Below are positions 21,760 to 31,490 of a stretch of 64,000 bases of DNA, one piece after another. Under the pieces are notes generated by a model. That model was not told the DNA's origin, did not search any database, and saw only the letters and a list, made by a program, of their open reading frames with translations. This DNA comes from an uncultured virus (IMG/VR IMGVR_UViG_3300022562_001918). Its lineage: Duplodnaviria; Heunggongvirae; Uroviricota; Caudoviricetes. The stretch lies in the IMG/VR virus record IMGVR_UViG_3300022562_001918; one strand, written 5' to 3'. Made by a program: the position numbers and the translations under genes. Position 1 is the stretch's first letter. Every line of letters begins with the position of its first letter.

Positions 21760-22146
21760 TTATCCCCCAGAAGAGCCTTTCTTCTGCTTGAGTATATTCT
21801 TTAGGCGCCCAAAAGATCCCTTTTGCAGACTGTGGCCAACTGGCGCAATTGCGTATGTTTTTTGCTTTTCTTCCTCCATGATGCTGAGAGCTTTCTCAAC
21901 AGCCTTCTCTCGGTCGTCTGCGATCTCTGGGAACATCTCCTCGATAAGGTTTCTCAGCGCCTTCTGGGCCTGCTGCGGATTCACCGAGCCCGTCACGATC
22001 GCAATCGTCTTGAGTAGCTCAATACGCTGAGCCTTCCTCCATGCTGCGATGGCGAAGCTCTCTTGTAGGGTTCCGTACTCAACGTCGGAACCGTTGACCA
22101 GGTGGAGGTTGATCCTGGCCAGGGCGACAGGAGAGCCTAGGACCCC
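21760..22146 (-). CDS. Tail assembly chaperone second frame (gpT-like), probably reached by -1 frameshift
   Basis: The frame is open upstream of the GTG at 21996 and overlaps the end of the previous gene in its -1 frame; no ATG in that upstream stretch. Confidence 0.55.
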   Translation of the reverse strand, partial: GVLGSPVALARINLHLVNGSDVEYGTLQESFAIAAWRKAQRIELLKTIAIVTGSVNPQQAQKALRNLIEEMFPEIADDREKAVEKALSIMEEEKQKTYAIAPVGHSLQKGSFGRLKNILKQKKGSSGG

Positions 22147-22826
22147 GTAAGATTGTCCTCGTTGTCGAGGAACTTCGAGATCGCCTGATTGAACCAGGAG
22201 ACTCGCTGGCTCAGCATGTCAACAAAACCGGATCCCCGCTCAAGGAGCCACTTCATCCGATCTTCAAGGCTGTCTCCAATGAACTCGCCGTCAACCTTGA
22301 CCACGCATGCGGCAGTTTGGCACATGGCATTCATCTGCTTCATGAAGAAATCGCTGATTCGACGCTCCTCGCCATGCTCGTCCTTCGACCAGTCTCCGTT
22401 CATCAGGTAGGCGTCGATTTCCTGGAGGTCCTTGGGCTGTCCAGATTTCATCGTCGCCTTGTGTCGACCAAGAATCTTGATCTCCTTCGTGATGAAACCT
22501 TTGAACAGGTAGTCGGAGATATCCTCCTCGGTCAGCTTAATGCCTAGCCGTTTCTCTGGATCCCCCATTGACTGGTCGTGGCCACACCTTGGACAGTGGC
22601 GCCACTCTTTCTTTACCTTCTCCTTGCACCACGGAGAAGCACACTCGACTTTCTCGCCAGAGAGATCAGATACAGATTCTTCCTGAGGCTCTTTGGCTGT
22701 TTCTTTTTTTGGCTGCTCGGCAATCGTTTGTCGAACAACGTTTTCTGATGCGCCCCCTCCGATTCCTCGAGATGGTTGCGCGCTCATTTTCTCCCGAATA
22801 TCGGGAGGCAAGATTGACCCTGACAT
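22137..22826 (-). CDS. Tail assembly chaperone (gpG-like) with Zn-ribbon
   Basis: GAAGGAG RBS before ATG 22826; CASPWC...CPRC; directly upstream of the tape measure gene. Confidence 0.6.
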   Translation of the reverse strand: MSGSILPPDIREKMSAQPSRGIGGGASENVVRQTIAEQPKKETAKEPQEESVSDLSGEKVECASPWCKEKVKKEWRHCPRCGHDQSMGDPEKRLGIKLTEEDISDYLFKGFITKEIKILGRHKATMKSGQPKDLQEIDAYLMNGDWSKDEHGEERRISDFFMKQMNAMCQTAACVVKVDGEFIGDSLEDRMKWLLERGSGFVDMLSQRVSWFNQAISKFLDNEDNLTGS

Positions 22827-22896
22827 GTGGACTCCTTCAGATTCACCGGTTTGTGTTCCACGAGTGTAGGTTCGACAGCGTGTCCCCGTCAATGAG

Positions 22897-22919
22897 CAGG
22901 CGACGACTCACGGCATAAG
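22897..22919 (+). promoter_or_regulatory. Putative phage promoter CAGG-N11-GGCATAAG
   Basis: Member of a repeated intergenic motif; sits at the late/early divergence point. Confidence 0.7.
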
Positions 22920-22940
22920 TCTATTGAAGGAGACACAACC

Positions 22941-24194
22941 GTGATACGACACAACGCAGATCCGCTTGATATACCAACCCGGGAAGAGGTCGCTCACTAC
23001 CAGTCCGAAATGGAGGCATACACCTATAGCCCGCCTCGTGATGGTCGCCCTGGATGGGGCATCCCTCCTCATCGAGAGGCACCGGATGACGCCATCGACT
23101 ATGTGATTGCCCAGCTCAGGGAGCGAGGGCACGAGGTCGGCCTAAACCTCAGGCTCTACCACCACGATCCTCGAGACAAAGATCGCTACCAGCGAATTCA
23201 CCCCAGGTACACATGGGCCATCACCTTTGCGACCATGGCCCATTTCGCATGGTTCAAGACAGGGCCTGGAGCTCAGTACATCAACCGATTCTATGGCGTC
23301 CAGGAAGTTCCTCCGTTCCACGACAGCTCTGTTTATATCTTCGCCCCAGGAAACGGAGACAGAATGCTGGAACTTCTCCCCGGCCAGCTTCGAATCTTCA
23401 GGCAGTGGGACCGCGTAACAAACCCCGCCTGCCCCGACGGTCCCATGTGGGAACGCCTGGCAGACCCGGACGATCCGAGATCGGTCGTGCGCGAAAGACC
23501 GTTCATTCAAATGGTTCGGCTGATCGAAGAATACAGAAGCCCTTTCGCGTCGGACATCGGCCCAATGGAAAGTGAGTCGGATATCGAGGGGCACCACAAT
23601 GAAAAGCTATTCGAGCTAGCCAGCAAATACATTGCTGAATGGTTAGGCAAAGCCGACGCTGACCCTCGCGTGCCATTCCCAAAGCGTGACCGAATCTCCG
23701 GCCCGCAATGGGTCCGGTCGCAGAAGCACAGGAACGGAGCCCCATTCTGGGGGGGCATCGAAAAACTAATCGAGTACCACAACGACTCCTATAACAATCA
23801 CTCCCCTGGACCAGTGCGAGCTTATCGACTGCAAGCAGACAATGGAGGCGTTCGCTGGTGTCCGAGCTCTGAGATCAAAATCGTTCCCCAGATCGACTAT
23901 CGGAGGGTTAATCAGCAGGAATCCGAAGAAGAGATCCAGGACAGGTTCCATTGCAGGGGATGTCGCCACACTCGCTCGTGCGTTCCATATACACAGAGAA
24001 TGGGCGAGAAACTGTGTTGCCATTGCTACGCCAAGGAATTCGAAATCGGCACGGAGATGCCAACCCTCAACCGGTGCACTATGCTCCCCGAGTGCAAGGC
24101 GTGTCCCGACAACATTGAAGACAAGAGCAGCCTGGTCAGGCTGAGACAAAGCTGGAATCGTCCCAGGTATGGATCGAGGTTCAGCGATGGATAA
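22941..24194 (+). CDS. Hypothetical protein with Cys-rich C-terminus
   Basis: GAAGGAG RBS and GTG start; CRGC..C..CCHC..C..CKAC cluster. Confidence 0.7.
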   Translation: MIRHNADPLDIPTREEVAHYQSEMEAYTYSPPRDGRPGWGIPPHREAPDDAIDYVIAQLRERGHEVGLNLRLYHHDPRDKDRYQRIHPRYTWAITFATMAHFAWFKTGPGAQYINRFYGVQEVPPFHDSSVYIFAPGNGDRMLELLPGQLRIFRQWDRVTNPACPDGPMWERLADPDDPRSVVRERPFIQMVRLIEEYRSPFASDIGPMESESDIEGHHNEKLFELASKYIAEWLGKADADPRVPFPKRDRISGPQWVRSQKHRNGAPFWGGIEKLIEYHNDSYNNHSPGPVRAYRLQADNGGVRWCPSSEIKIVPQIDYRRVNQQESEEEIQDRFHCRGCRHTRSCVPYTQRMGEKLCCHCYAKEFEIGTEMPTLNRCTMLPECKACPDNIEDKSSLVRLRQSWNRPRYGSRFSDG

Positions 24195-24197
24195 AGC

Positions 24198-26216
24198 ATG
24201 GAAGCAACAATCACGCGCGGAAGAATTCGGCTAAGGCTGTCCGATGGCCTCAGTCACGAAGCCTCCCAGAAAAGACTGGAAGACCTTTGTGATGCTATCG
24301 GGTCGGCCCGGCCCGTCTCCGGCAGCCACGATGAGATGTCTTGCGCCATCAGCCACCACAACTTCAAAAAACTGCGGCAGCTGGGGTGCAAGCTATCTTC
24401 CGACACCCACACGAGAGAAGTGGTTTCTATCCTCCGCGGCAAGCTCGACAACTATGAGGAAGAGTCTCGGCTAGCCCGCTCCGTCAAAGATGGAGCGATT
24501 GCATTCTCTGATTACCAGTTCAAGGTAGAGCCATTTGCTCACCAGCGACTTGGGTTTCAATTCCTGCACTCGATGAAGACCCCCGCGCTGTTCGGAGACT
24601 GCGGCACGGGAAAAACCTTCATGGTCTTAACCTTCGCAGATAGCCTGGTGAAGTCTGCTGAGGAGTGGGCCTTCATCGTTGTCTGTCCCGTCAACCTGAT
24701 AAAGCACGTCTGGATTGATGACGCCGTCAAATTCTCAGACCTCGAAACGGTGGGCCTGAGGGAGTCATCATCCATGTCTATTCTCATGGAGGACTACGAT
24801 GACAAAAAGGACCCGAAAGACCTGAGCAGGCACGACCGCGCCGCACTTCGAGCGGAGAGAAAGGCTGACCCTGAGTGGAAGAATAAAGCCGCCCGCAAGG
24901 CGAAGGCTCGATACCGGAAACGGCTCGAAGAGCGCTTCGCCCAGGGGGCTGACTTGTATGTCATCAACCCAGAGAATCTTCGCACGGACGTAAAAGAGAA
25001 GCGCGTGTTGGCTCTCTGCAGAAGGCTTGAATCAGAGGGCAAGCAGATCTGCCTCATCATCGACGAAAGCTCCAAAATTAAATCGAGGACATCGAGAACC
25101 TACAAGTCCATCAAGAAGATGCGCGCCCATGCGTCTCGCTGCATCATCATGACAGGAACCCCGTCCCCTAACGGAATCCTCGATATCTGGGCTCAGTTCG
25201 ACATCCTCGATGAAGGAATGACGTTGCAACCCAACTTCGTTGACTACCGACATGATCACTGCAGGGAGGTCATCATGAGGGGCATTGAGTACGTGAAGGA
25301 TGGGAAGAAATACAACGCCAAGAAGTGGGAGCCAAAGGCCGGTGCGCCGCGCGCAGTATACAACCTCATCGAGCCTCGCATGATTCGGTTCAAGACCGAA
25401 GAGTGCATCGATCTACCCCCTATCCGATTCATCATGAGATACGTCGACATGAGTACGGACCAGGAAGCTTTTTACAGAGACATGGAAGAGCGCTTATTCG
25501 CCGAGCTCGAGGGAGAGCCGGTTACTGCCAAGGTTGCAGTATCAAAGCTGGTTAAGCTGCGCGAGGTTACCGGAGGATTCATTCGCACCGACGAAGGGGA
25601 GGATAAGCCATTCAATAAAAATGCCACCAAGATGATCGAGCTTGACCAGCTCCTCGAGCAGTCCATTGGAGACAAGCTCGGTGACGAAGGGCCTCCACTA
25701 AAGGCCATCGTGTGGGCTCAGTACCAGTGGGAATGCAAAACGCTCGTTGAACGATACCGCAAGGACTACGGTGCTCGCGGCCTATTTGGTGGCATAAGTT
25801 CTAGTGCAAAGGACGAGGCAATACGCCGATTCAGGAGTGACAAAAACTGTCGCATTCTTGTCTGCCATCCAGCCAGCGCGGGACACGGACTCACGCTGAC
25901 GGAGGCCAACTACGCTTTCTACTACTCGCTGTCGTACAACTTCGAGGAGTTCTATCAGAGCTTCCGAAGGATCTCTCGACCGGGCCAGAAGAGAGCAATG
26001 ACCTATTACTTCCTGGTTGCACCGGGAACCATCGATGAGGAGCTTCTCGATGCCATCCGAACCAAAAAGAACCTATCCGACATGGTTACCGACGGAGAGT
26101 TCAGCCGAGGAGCATTTCTCAGTTGCAGAGACGAACTCGGAGGACAACTTGATATCAAATGGGACCATACAGATGAAGAGGGGGCTTCGCCCATACAACA
26201 GGACACTGTGGGGTGA
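24198..26216 (+). CDS. SNF2-family (SF2) helicase/ATPase
   Basis: GDCGTGKT, IIDESS, MTGTP, HPASAGHGLTL, QSFRRISRPGQ motifs. Confidence 0.9.
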   Translation: MEATITRGRIRLRLSDGLSHEASQKRLEDLCDAIGSARPVSGSHDEMSCAISHHNFKKLRQLGCKLSSDTHTREVVSILRGKLDNYEEESRLARSVKDGAIAFSDYQFKVEPFAHQRLGFQFLHSMKTPALFGDCGTGKTFMVLTFADSLVKSAEEWAFIVVCPVNLIKHVWIDDAVKFSDLETVGLRESSSMSILMEDYDDKKDPKDLSRHDRAALRAERKADPEWKNKAARKAKARYRKRLEERFAQGADLYVINPENLRTDVKEKRVLALCRRLESEGKQICLIIDESSKIKSRTSRTYKSIKKMRAHASRCIIMTGTPSPNGILDIWAQFDILDEGMTLQPNFVDYRHDHCREVIMRGIEYVKDGKKYNAKKWEPKAGAPRAVYNLIEPRMIRFKTEECIDLPPIRFIMRYVDMSTDQEAFYRDMEERLFAELEGEPVTAKVAVSKLVKLREVTGGFIRTDEGEDKPFNKNATKMIELDQLLEQSIGDKLGDEGPPLKAIVWAQYQWECKTLVERYRKDYGARGLFGGISSSAKDEAIRRFRSDKNCRILVCHPASAGHGLTLTEANYAFYYSLSYNFEEFYQSFRRISRPGQKRAMTYYFLVAPGTIDEELLDAIRTKKNLSDMVTDGEFSRGAFLSCRDELGGQLDIKWDHTDEEGASPIQQDTVG

Positions 26217-26505
26217 CATCCTTCTGTGCCTGATGGACGAGGCAATGACGACCCAGCAAATCGCATACAGCATAGAAATGACTCCAAGGATGCTGCTGAC
26301 GGCCATCATTCCAATGCACATGTTTGGAATTATCGAGCCGATTGGATACAGAGATGACACTCCAGCCCATGGAATAGGTTTTTATGGGCTAGACATACTC
26401 TGGCAGACCACCGTCCACACGAGGCAACACAGTGGCACATTCTCTGGCTGTCATGGGTGCCGCATCCGGGAGCGGCTGCTGCTTACCGAAGTGCTCTACG
26501 AATGA
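26173..26505 (+). CDS. Small winged-HTH-like protein
   Basis: MKRGLRPY...ILLCLMDEAMTTQQIAYSIEM; overlaps both neighbours. Confidence 0.45.
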   Translation: MKRGLRPYNRTLWGDILLCLMDEAMTTQQIAYSIEMTPRMLLTAIIPMHMFGIIEPIGYRDDTPAHGIGFYGLDILWQTTVHTRQHSGTFSGCHGCRIRERLLLTEVLYE

Positions 26506-27245
26506 ACATTCAGAATGCGTGGCGATTCATCGTTGCCGCGCAAGATGACCCAGTGCTTGCAGCCTGGGCGTCGGTCTGTGACGGGCACTGTCCCGCCATG
26601 GCCTCCGATATATCGCCCTATGACGCATGGGATGCCTACCAGTATCTCTTCAACCACGGGTTCGTCTCTAGCGCGGACTTTGACCGTACCGACATCAACA
26701 AACAATTCTTCAACAACCCACCAGAGCCATATGAGATCCGAGAGGTTCTGGACCGAGCAAAACTCATCAGCCCCGATTTCAAACCGGGAGAAAGACCACC
26801 CCCCATGTCCGACAATCCATTTTTCCAAAAAGGCAACTCCATTGCGCGAAAAGCTGAACAGCCAAACGGCCTAGCAGAGAGGAGAACCGGAGGAGCTCTA
26901 GGTGAGGCGTTCGCGCCTAGACGAGAAGCAATCGCCGGCCCCGTAGATCCTCTGCCGAACAGCATGTTCGACAGCCCAGGACCAAGAAACGCAGGCTCAT
27001 TGCAGTGCCAGGACCCGATGGGGATGTCCAGGTCAACGGGCAATGGTTACGTCACGAACTGCCTCAAACCCAGGTGCGGGGCAGAGATGACCATGTACGA
27101 GATCAACCTGCCCCCTGAAGACGAGCTCCCCGGAGACGGAGACTTCAGCTCAATCCTCGTGGCGACCCTTGAGGGCAGATGCGACAACTGCGGCACTACA
27201 GCACACACCATTCTCTCTCACAGTCCAGACCCAAGACGGTTCTAG
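26502..27245 (+). CDS. Hypothetical protein with C-terminal Zn-ribbon
   Basis: ATGA overlap; CLKPRC...CDNC. Confidence 0.65.
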   Translation: MNIQNAWRFIVAAQDDPVLAAWASVCDGHCPAMASDISPYDAWDAYQYLFNHGFVSSADFDRTDINKQFFNNPPEPYEIREVLDRAKLISPDFKPGERPPPMSDNPFFQKGNSIARKAEQPNGLAERRTGGALGEAFAPRREAIAGPVDPLPNSMFDSPGPRNAGSLQCQDPMGMSRSTGNGYVTNCLKPRCGAEMTMYEINLPPEDELPGDGDFSSILVATLEGRCDNCGTTAHTILSHSPDPRRF

Positions 27246-27254
27246 GAGGTACCC

Positions 27255-28160
27255 ATGGGACGAAAGTCCAGAATGAAACGCCAACGCCGAGAGCTTATGG
27301 CTCGCGGCTATTCTGGGCCTCCCATGAAGAGGGAGGCCTTTCGCATTCTGGAGGACTTCCACAAAACCATCCAGAACCATTGCCACGAGAGCTCGCGCCG
27401 TTGTTGGGAGTACATGGTCGAGATGCTTGCTAGAGCCTCGGGCTGGGAGACCGAAACCGGTGAAGCGCAGCACGTCGCCGACAAAATGACCGACTCCCAG
27501 TGGCAGAAAGTCATCGAGTTCGTCGAGGCATGGCACGACGAGGTCAGGCACGCGAAGGCTAATCGAACGGCCTTCTCGGAGCCTATCGGCGAGCTCCTTG
27601 AGCACGTCGATGGGACGAACCTTCACTTCGACCAGTACTTCACACCCATGGGGGTCGTTCGGGCATCGAACGAGATGACCTTCATGGGCATGGAGTTTCC
27701 GCAGAACGGGTACGCCTATGGGCTGGACCCGTGTTGCGGCACTGGAAGATTCGCCCTCGACGCGCTGGTCCACAACGATAGACTCATCATGGGAAGTGTC
27801 GACTTGGACCTGTGGCTTCAGAGGGCTGCCAAGGTAAACGCCAGAATCTTATCCAGGTGGACAACACTCTACGAGCCAACCGGGCCATGGAACGCAACCC
27901 TAGCCGGTCGAGCTCGCTTCGTCTGGGGCGACTCGTTCGTTGTCGACCTCGAATTTCCGCCGAACTGGGCGCTCTCATGGCATTGGACCCCTCGACACTG
28001 GAAAGACGACCTGTGGATCAACGGTTACGCAGGGTCATTCAACCAATGGGTTGATGCCGGAAAACCTACGCGGAACTTTCATCGAAAGACCGACAAAAAG
28101 GGAGTCCAGTTTGACTACTCCATGCGCGACATCCCCAAACAGGCAAGAAAAGGAGCTTGA
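27255..28160 (+). CDS. N6-adenine DNA methyltransferase-like SAM-binding protein
   Basis: AGGAGG RBS; QYFTP and DPCCGTG motifs; no recognisable NPPY/F. Confidence 0.7.
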   Translation: MGRKSRMKRQRRELMARGYSGPPMKREAFRILEDFHKTIQNHCHESSRRCWEYMVEMLARASGWETETGEAQHVADKMTDSQWQKVIEFVEAWHDEVRHAKANRTAFSEPIGELLEHVDGTNLHFDQYFTPMGVVRASNEMTFMGMEFPQNGYAYGLDPCCGTGRFALDALVHNDRLIMGSVDLDLWLQRAAKVNARILSRWTTLYEPTGPWNATLAGRARFVWGDSFVVDLEFPPNWALSWHWTPRHWKDDLWINGYAGSFNQWVDAGKPTRNFHRKTDKKGVQFDYSMRDIPKQARKGA

Positions 28161-28618
28161 TGGAAACGCTGCCAATTCGGGTGGCTCTCGTCGGGTGCGG
28201 AAAGAGGAAGGCGAGCGACAAAGGCAGCCTTCCTGCGAGAGAGCTTTACTCTGGCTCTCTCTTTAGACTCTCCATTCAATACGCAGAGCACGTCGCCGAC
28301 GATGTCCACATACTATCAGCGCTTCACGGGCTACTGTCTCCCCATGACAGGCTCTCCCCCTACGACAGGTGGATGAACCGACTTACCCAGGAGGAAAAAG
28401 AGATTTGGGCCGCTGACGTAATAAACTCACTCGATGATGCCTATCCGGATACGAGGATCCACATCCTGTTCTTTGCTGGGATGACATACATCAGGCCTCT
28501 CGTCCCGCACCTTCGAGACAGGCTTGGGTATTGGACTTGGGAAAATCCTCTGATAAACAAAGGCCTGTTTCAGCGCCTATCCTGGCTAAAGGAAAATCTA
28601 CATGCCGTTCAGGAATGA
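28157..28618 (+). CDS. DUF6884-like protein
   Basis: VGCGKRK...PARELYSGSLF...ILSALHGL...PYD...AG..Y pattern. Confidence 0.75.
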   Translation: MMETLPIRVALVGCGKRKASDKGSLPARELYSGSLFRLSIQYAEHVADDVHILSALHGLLSPHDRLSPYDRWMNRLTQEEKEIWAADVINSLDDAYPDTRIHILFFAGMTYIRPLVPHLRDRLGYWTWENPLINKGLFQRLSWLKENLHAVQE

Positions 28619-28976
28619 AAGACAGCAAGCTCGCCTCATAAAGGTCCTGCTTAAAATGGCTCAGATGGGGCACCTTTGGGAATGTTCAGACCTCGGGCAC
28701 TGCGGACCATCCGAAGAGGCAGTGAACGAACTACGCACAGAAGACTTTGAAAGCCAACTCAGCTCTGGGCAAAGAGCTCTTCTTCGTATCGCATTTGACC
28801 TGTGGAATAGATCTGGTCAAGCAACTCTGAGCGATGTTGTCGAAAAACTAGATCCAAAGATTACGCATGCGTTCTCTGAGCTTCTCATGTCGATGTCTTC
28901 GGATGATCCGAACGACCTGGAGCTCTGGGAAAGAGAGTGGACCAAGTACGACCCATCTACCGATTTCTTCAATTAG
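28602..28976 (+). CDS. Hypothetical protein
   Basis: 124 aa ORF packed in the operon. Confidence 0.6.
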   Translation: MPFRNERQQARLIKVLLKMAQMGHLWECSDLGHCGPSEEAVNELRTEDFESQLSSGQRALLRIAFDLWNRSGQATLSDVVEKLDPKITHAFSELLMSMSSDDPNDLELWEREWTKYDPSTDFFN

Positions 28977-28996
28977 TAGGTAAGCTATCGCCTGCG

Positions 28997-29431
28997 ATGT
29001 CTATCAGCCAACAGGAGGAGTTCGATCTCCCCAAAGACCTGGACGAGGCCGAGGAGCGCCGCGTCCAGCTCACCCTCGATGTTCAGGGCATACAGGCCCA
29101 GCTTGGAGACAAGCAGAGAACCGATGACAGCGGTCGTCGACTCTCAAGCCAAGAGTACTGGAACTGGAAAAAGCGTGCTCAGCATGCACTGAACTTCAAG
29201 CTTAACGAGCTGCGCGCTATCAAGAAGTGGATCAAAGATACCAAACGCAGCATGGCAGCGCCCGTCGTCGAGGTGGTCGGATCCGCAACCCTCGAGGAGG
29301 CCGTCGGCCACCTGGCGCAGCTTTACCAAATCATCAGCGACCTAAGGGAAGAAGAGGTCGAGTTCAACGAGTCAGAGCTGGCTAAAATCTTTGCTGCCGG
29401 CAACTTTCTACGCCGTGCAGCTAGAGCCTAG
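28997..29431 (+). CDS. Hypothetical coiled-coil protein
   Basis: MSISQQEEFDL...; start chosen to avoid overlap with the previous gene. Confidence 0.6.
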   Translation: MSISQQEEFDLPKDLDEAEERRVQLTLDVQGIQAQLGDKQRTDDSGRRLSSQEYWNWKKRAQHALNFKLNELRAIKKWIKDTKRSMAAPVVEVVGSATLEEAVGHLAQLYQIISDLREEEVEFNESELAKIFAAGNFLRRAARA

Positions 29432-29763
29432 CGCCTTCGACCTCGGAAGAGTTTTTTCGAGGGGATTTCATCTGCAGCCATCATGTTGGATCGGCCGAAC
29501 CACCCAGGGAAGGTTGCTCCAGTGATGCCTCCCCCGAGGGCGCCAATAGCGCCACCCTTGAGTGCCCGAACCAGGGAAGCATCTTCGCCATCGCCCAGGG
29601 CAGCAGTGATAGCTCCCGTTCCAGCGCCAAGGGTCGCTGATCGACGGATGGCATCCCTGAGATCCTTTGACGTATTCAGTCGGTGAGCGAACGAACGCAG
29701 CGCTGAAATTTTTGCGACCTTAGTCAGCTCGTCGGCGAAGCCGCTGGCGAAATGCGATGCCAT
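29428..29763 (-). CDS. GFxDELxKxA-leader protein with glycine zippers
   Basis: MASHFASGFADELTKVA; GAGTGAITAALG, GGAIGALGGGITG. Confidence 0.8.
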   Translation of the reverse strand: MASHFASGFADELTKVAKISALRSFAHRLNTSKDLRDAIRRSATLGAGTGAITAALGDGEDASLVRALKGGAIGALGGGITGATFPGWFGRSNMMAADEIPSKKLFRGRRR

Positions 29764-29777
29764 AGGAGAAGACTATC

Positions 29778-30401
29778 ATGAGCGCCAAAGGGCGAAAAGG
29801 AAAGCAAGTTGAAGTCAATGAGTTCTACCCAACTCCCCGAGAAGTTGTTGTTTCTCTTCTCGAGAGTGAGTTTCTGAGTCTGCCTGGGGGGGTGTGGATT
29901 GAGCCCTGTGCCGGAACTGGCCGGATCGTCTCCGCCGTCAATGAGTTTCGAAACGATGTCGAATGGATCGTGTGCGAGCTCAACGAGAGCTTCGATTTCC
30001 ACCTCTCCAGCCTCCGCAGGCCAGGGCTAGACACCATCGCCCCCTATGGAGACTTCGTTCATCGCGAATGGGCATACCCCATGGCCGACGTCCTCATCAT
30101 GAACCCGCCATTCAGTCTCACCTTCCAGTTCGTGAAAGCTGCCATGGAGAGGGCGCGAATTGTCGTCTGCCTTCAGCGGCAGGGGTGGTTCGGCTCCGTC
30201 GAGAGGTCACCGTGGCTCGCCGAACACTGCCCCGACTCCTTCCAGTTGCCCTGGAGGCCGTCGTTCAGGCCAGATGGCGGAAAGGATAACTGTGAGTACA
30301 CCTGGTACCACTGGCCCGAGGGAAGCACTGTCGGTCGCCGAGAGGGTCGCATCGCCATGTTGAGAAAACCCGTTGGCGGGCAATGTGACCTATTTGGATA
30401 G
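29778..30401 (+). CDS. DNA amino-methyltransferase
   Basis: FYPTP, EPCAGTG and catalytic NPPF. Confidence 0.85.
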   Translation: MSAKGRKGKQVEVNEFYPTPREVVVSLLESEFLSLPGGVWIEPCAGTGRIVSAVNEFRNDVEWIVCELNESFDFHLSSLRRPGLDTIAPYGDFVHREWAYPMADVLIMNPPFSLTFQFVKAAMERARIVVCLQRQGWFGSVERSPWLAEHCPDSFQLPWRPSFRPDGGKDNCEYTWYHWPEGSTVGRREGRIAMLRKPVGGQCDLFG

Positions 30402-30578
30402 GTCGCGAGAAGATATTCTCCGCGGCCCAGGAAGGTCGTCCCACCACCTCTCGCAGCGCTCACAGCATGCCAAGCATCCCGCAAGCGGGTGGAGCGAACT
30501 CATTCGCTCGTGCCGATCAGACAGGGCGATGATTCTCCATCGATGACCGAGCAGAAAGCAGGCCAGGCGCAACAACAC
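30390..30578 (-). CDS. Small hypothetical Zn-binding protein
   Basis: LACFLLGHRW...CERC pattern; TTG start. Confidence 0.35.
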   Translation of the reverse strand: MLLRLACFLLGHRWRIIALSDRHERMSSLHPLAGCLACCERCERWWDDLPGPRRISSRDLSK

Positions 30579-30580
30579 AT

Positions 30581-30617
30581 CGAGGATTCTACCCTAGAGA
30601 GTCCTCGATTTTTTAGC
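30581..30617 (+). terminator. Intrinsic terminator ending TTTTTTAGC
   Basis: CGAGGA...TCCTCG hairpin followed by T6-AGC. Confidence 0.65.
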
Positions 30618-31125
30618 CATCCCACGGCCAGTAGTCGCCAGTAGTCGTTGTGGTATTAGCATAGCCTCCGGCCGAAGAGGACCCCCACCTGAAATCGCCC
30701 ATATGCATGGCGCGACCACCTAGGTTGATAACCATTACCCCGGGAGCTCGAGCAGTCAGTGGCATCACTTTCATGATGGGTCTTTGCTGCGGTGGCCGCG
30801 GCTTAAGCTTCATCAGAAACTCAACCGCCTGAGTCACGCATCGAAAACGTTCTTCCCTTGCCTCCCGCTCCTTGGCTGGCAAGTCGACGGTTCGGTCCGG
30901 GTGGCACTCAAGAGCGATCTGCCGATGCTGCTTCTTGAGCTCCGCCTTGTATTCATCCATCAGCCGGCACCTGGTCTCGTAGGGCCTTGGGCGACCCGTG
31001 TCGTCGACGGATATCTTGCGAAGTTTCTCGTTTGCCCTGAGCTCGCGCAGCCCAGCATCTCTGACAGCATCAGGCCTCATCATCCGCAGCATACCCCAGC
31101 GGCGGGCTGGTCGAACAGTGCCCAT
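30613..31125 (-). CDS. J-domain (DnaJ-like) protein
   Basis: ELKKQHRQIALECHPDR...ERFRCVTQAVEFL; intact HPD motif. Confidence 0.8.
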   Translation of the reverse strand: MGTVRPARRWGMLRMMRPDAVRDAGLRELRANEKLRKISVDDTGRPRPYETRCRLMDEYKAELKKQHRQIALECHPDRTVDLPAKEREAREERFRCVTQAVEFLMKLKPRPPQQRPIMKVMPLTARAPGVMVINLGGRAMHMGDFRWGSSSAGGYANTTTTTGDYWPWDG

Positions 31126-31138
31126 TTCTTGGCATAAG
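31116..31138 (+). promoter_or_regulatory. Putative phage promoter CAGT-N11-GGCATAAG
   Basis: Exact motif upstream of the grpE operon. Confidence 0.75.
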
Positions 31139-31202
31139 AAGTCTGTAAAGAAAATCGCTCCCTATATGGGAGGGGCAAAAATTAGCCAGCAAAGGAGCCA
31201 CC

Positions 31203-31490
31203 TTGAAACCAAGCCAACAAAAAGAGATTCCTCTTTCGAATCTTAACATCACAGTGAAGATCCGCCATCTCTCATGGCTGAACGCAATCTGTGATGACCA
31301 CCGAATCAGCTACGACGTAGAGAACGGCCACTTCACTCTCATCCTGAGGGAAGCCTCTCTCCTCGGCGGAGCCTTTGAAAAGCTGATGAATGTTCTCGAG
31401 CGGAGGTCAGCGCACACTCCGCCAAAGTTCGACCTTCTTCAAAAAGAGCTATCGACACTAGACCTTCCCGAAAAGGAGCAAAACCCATGA
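31203..31490 (+). CDS. Hypothetical protein
   Basis: AAGGAG RBS, TTG start, ATGA overlap with grpE. Confidence 0.55.
   Translation: MKPSQQKEIPLSNLNITVKIRHLSWLNAICDDHRISYDVENGHFTLILREASLLGGAFEKLMNVLERRSAHTPPKFDLLQKELSTLDLPEKEQNP

Noticed and set aside
25791..25798. GGCATAAG inside the SNF2 gene
   Set aside because: Lacks the CA(G/C)T element at the 11-nt spacing and lies within coding sequence; probably chance.
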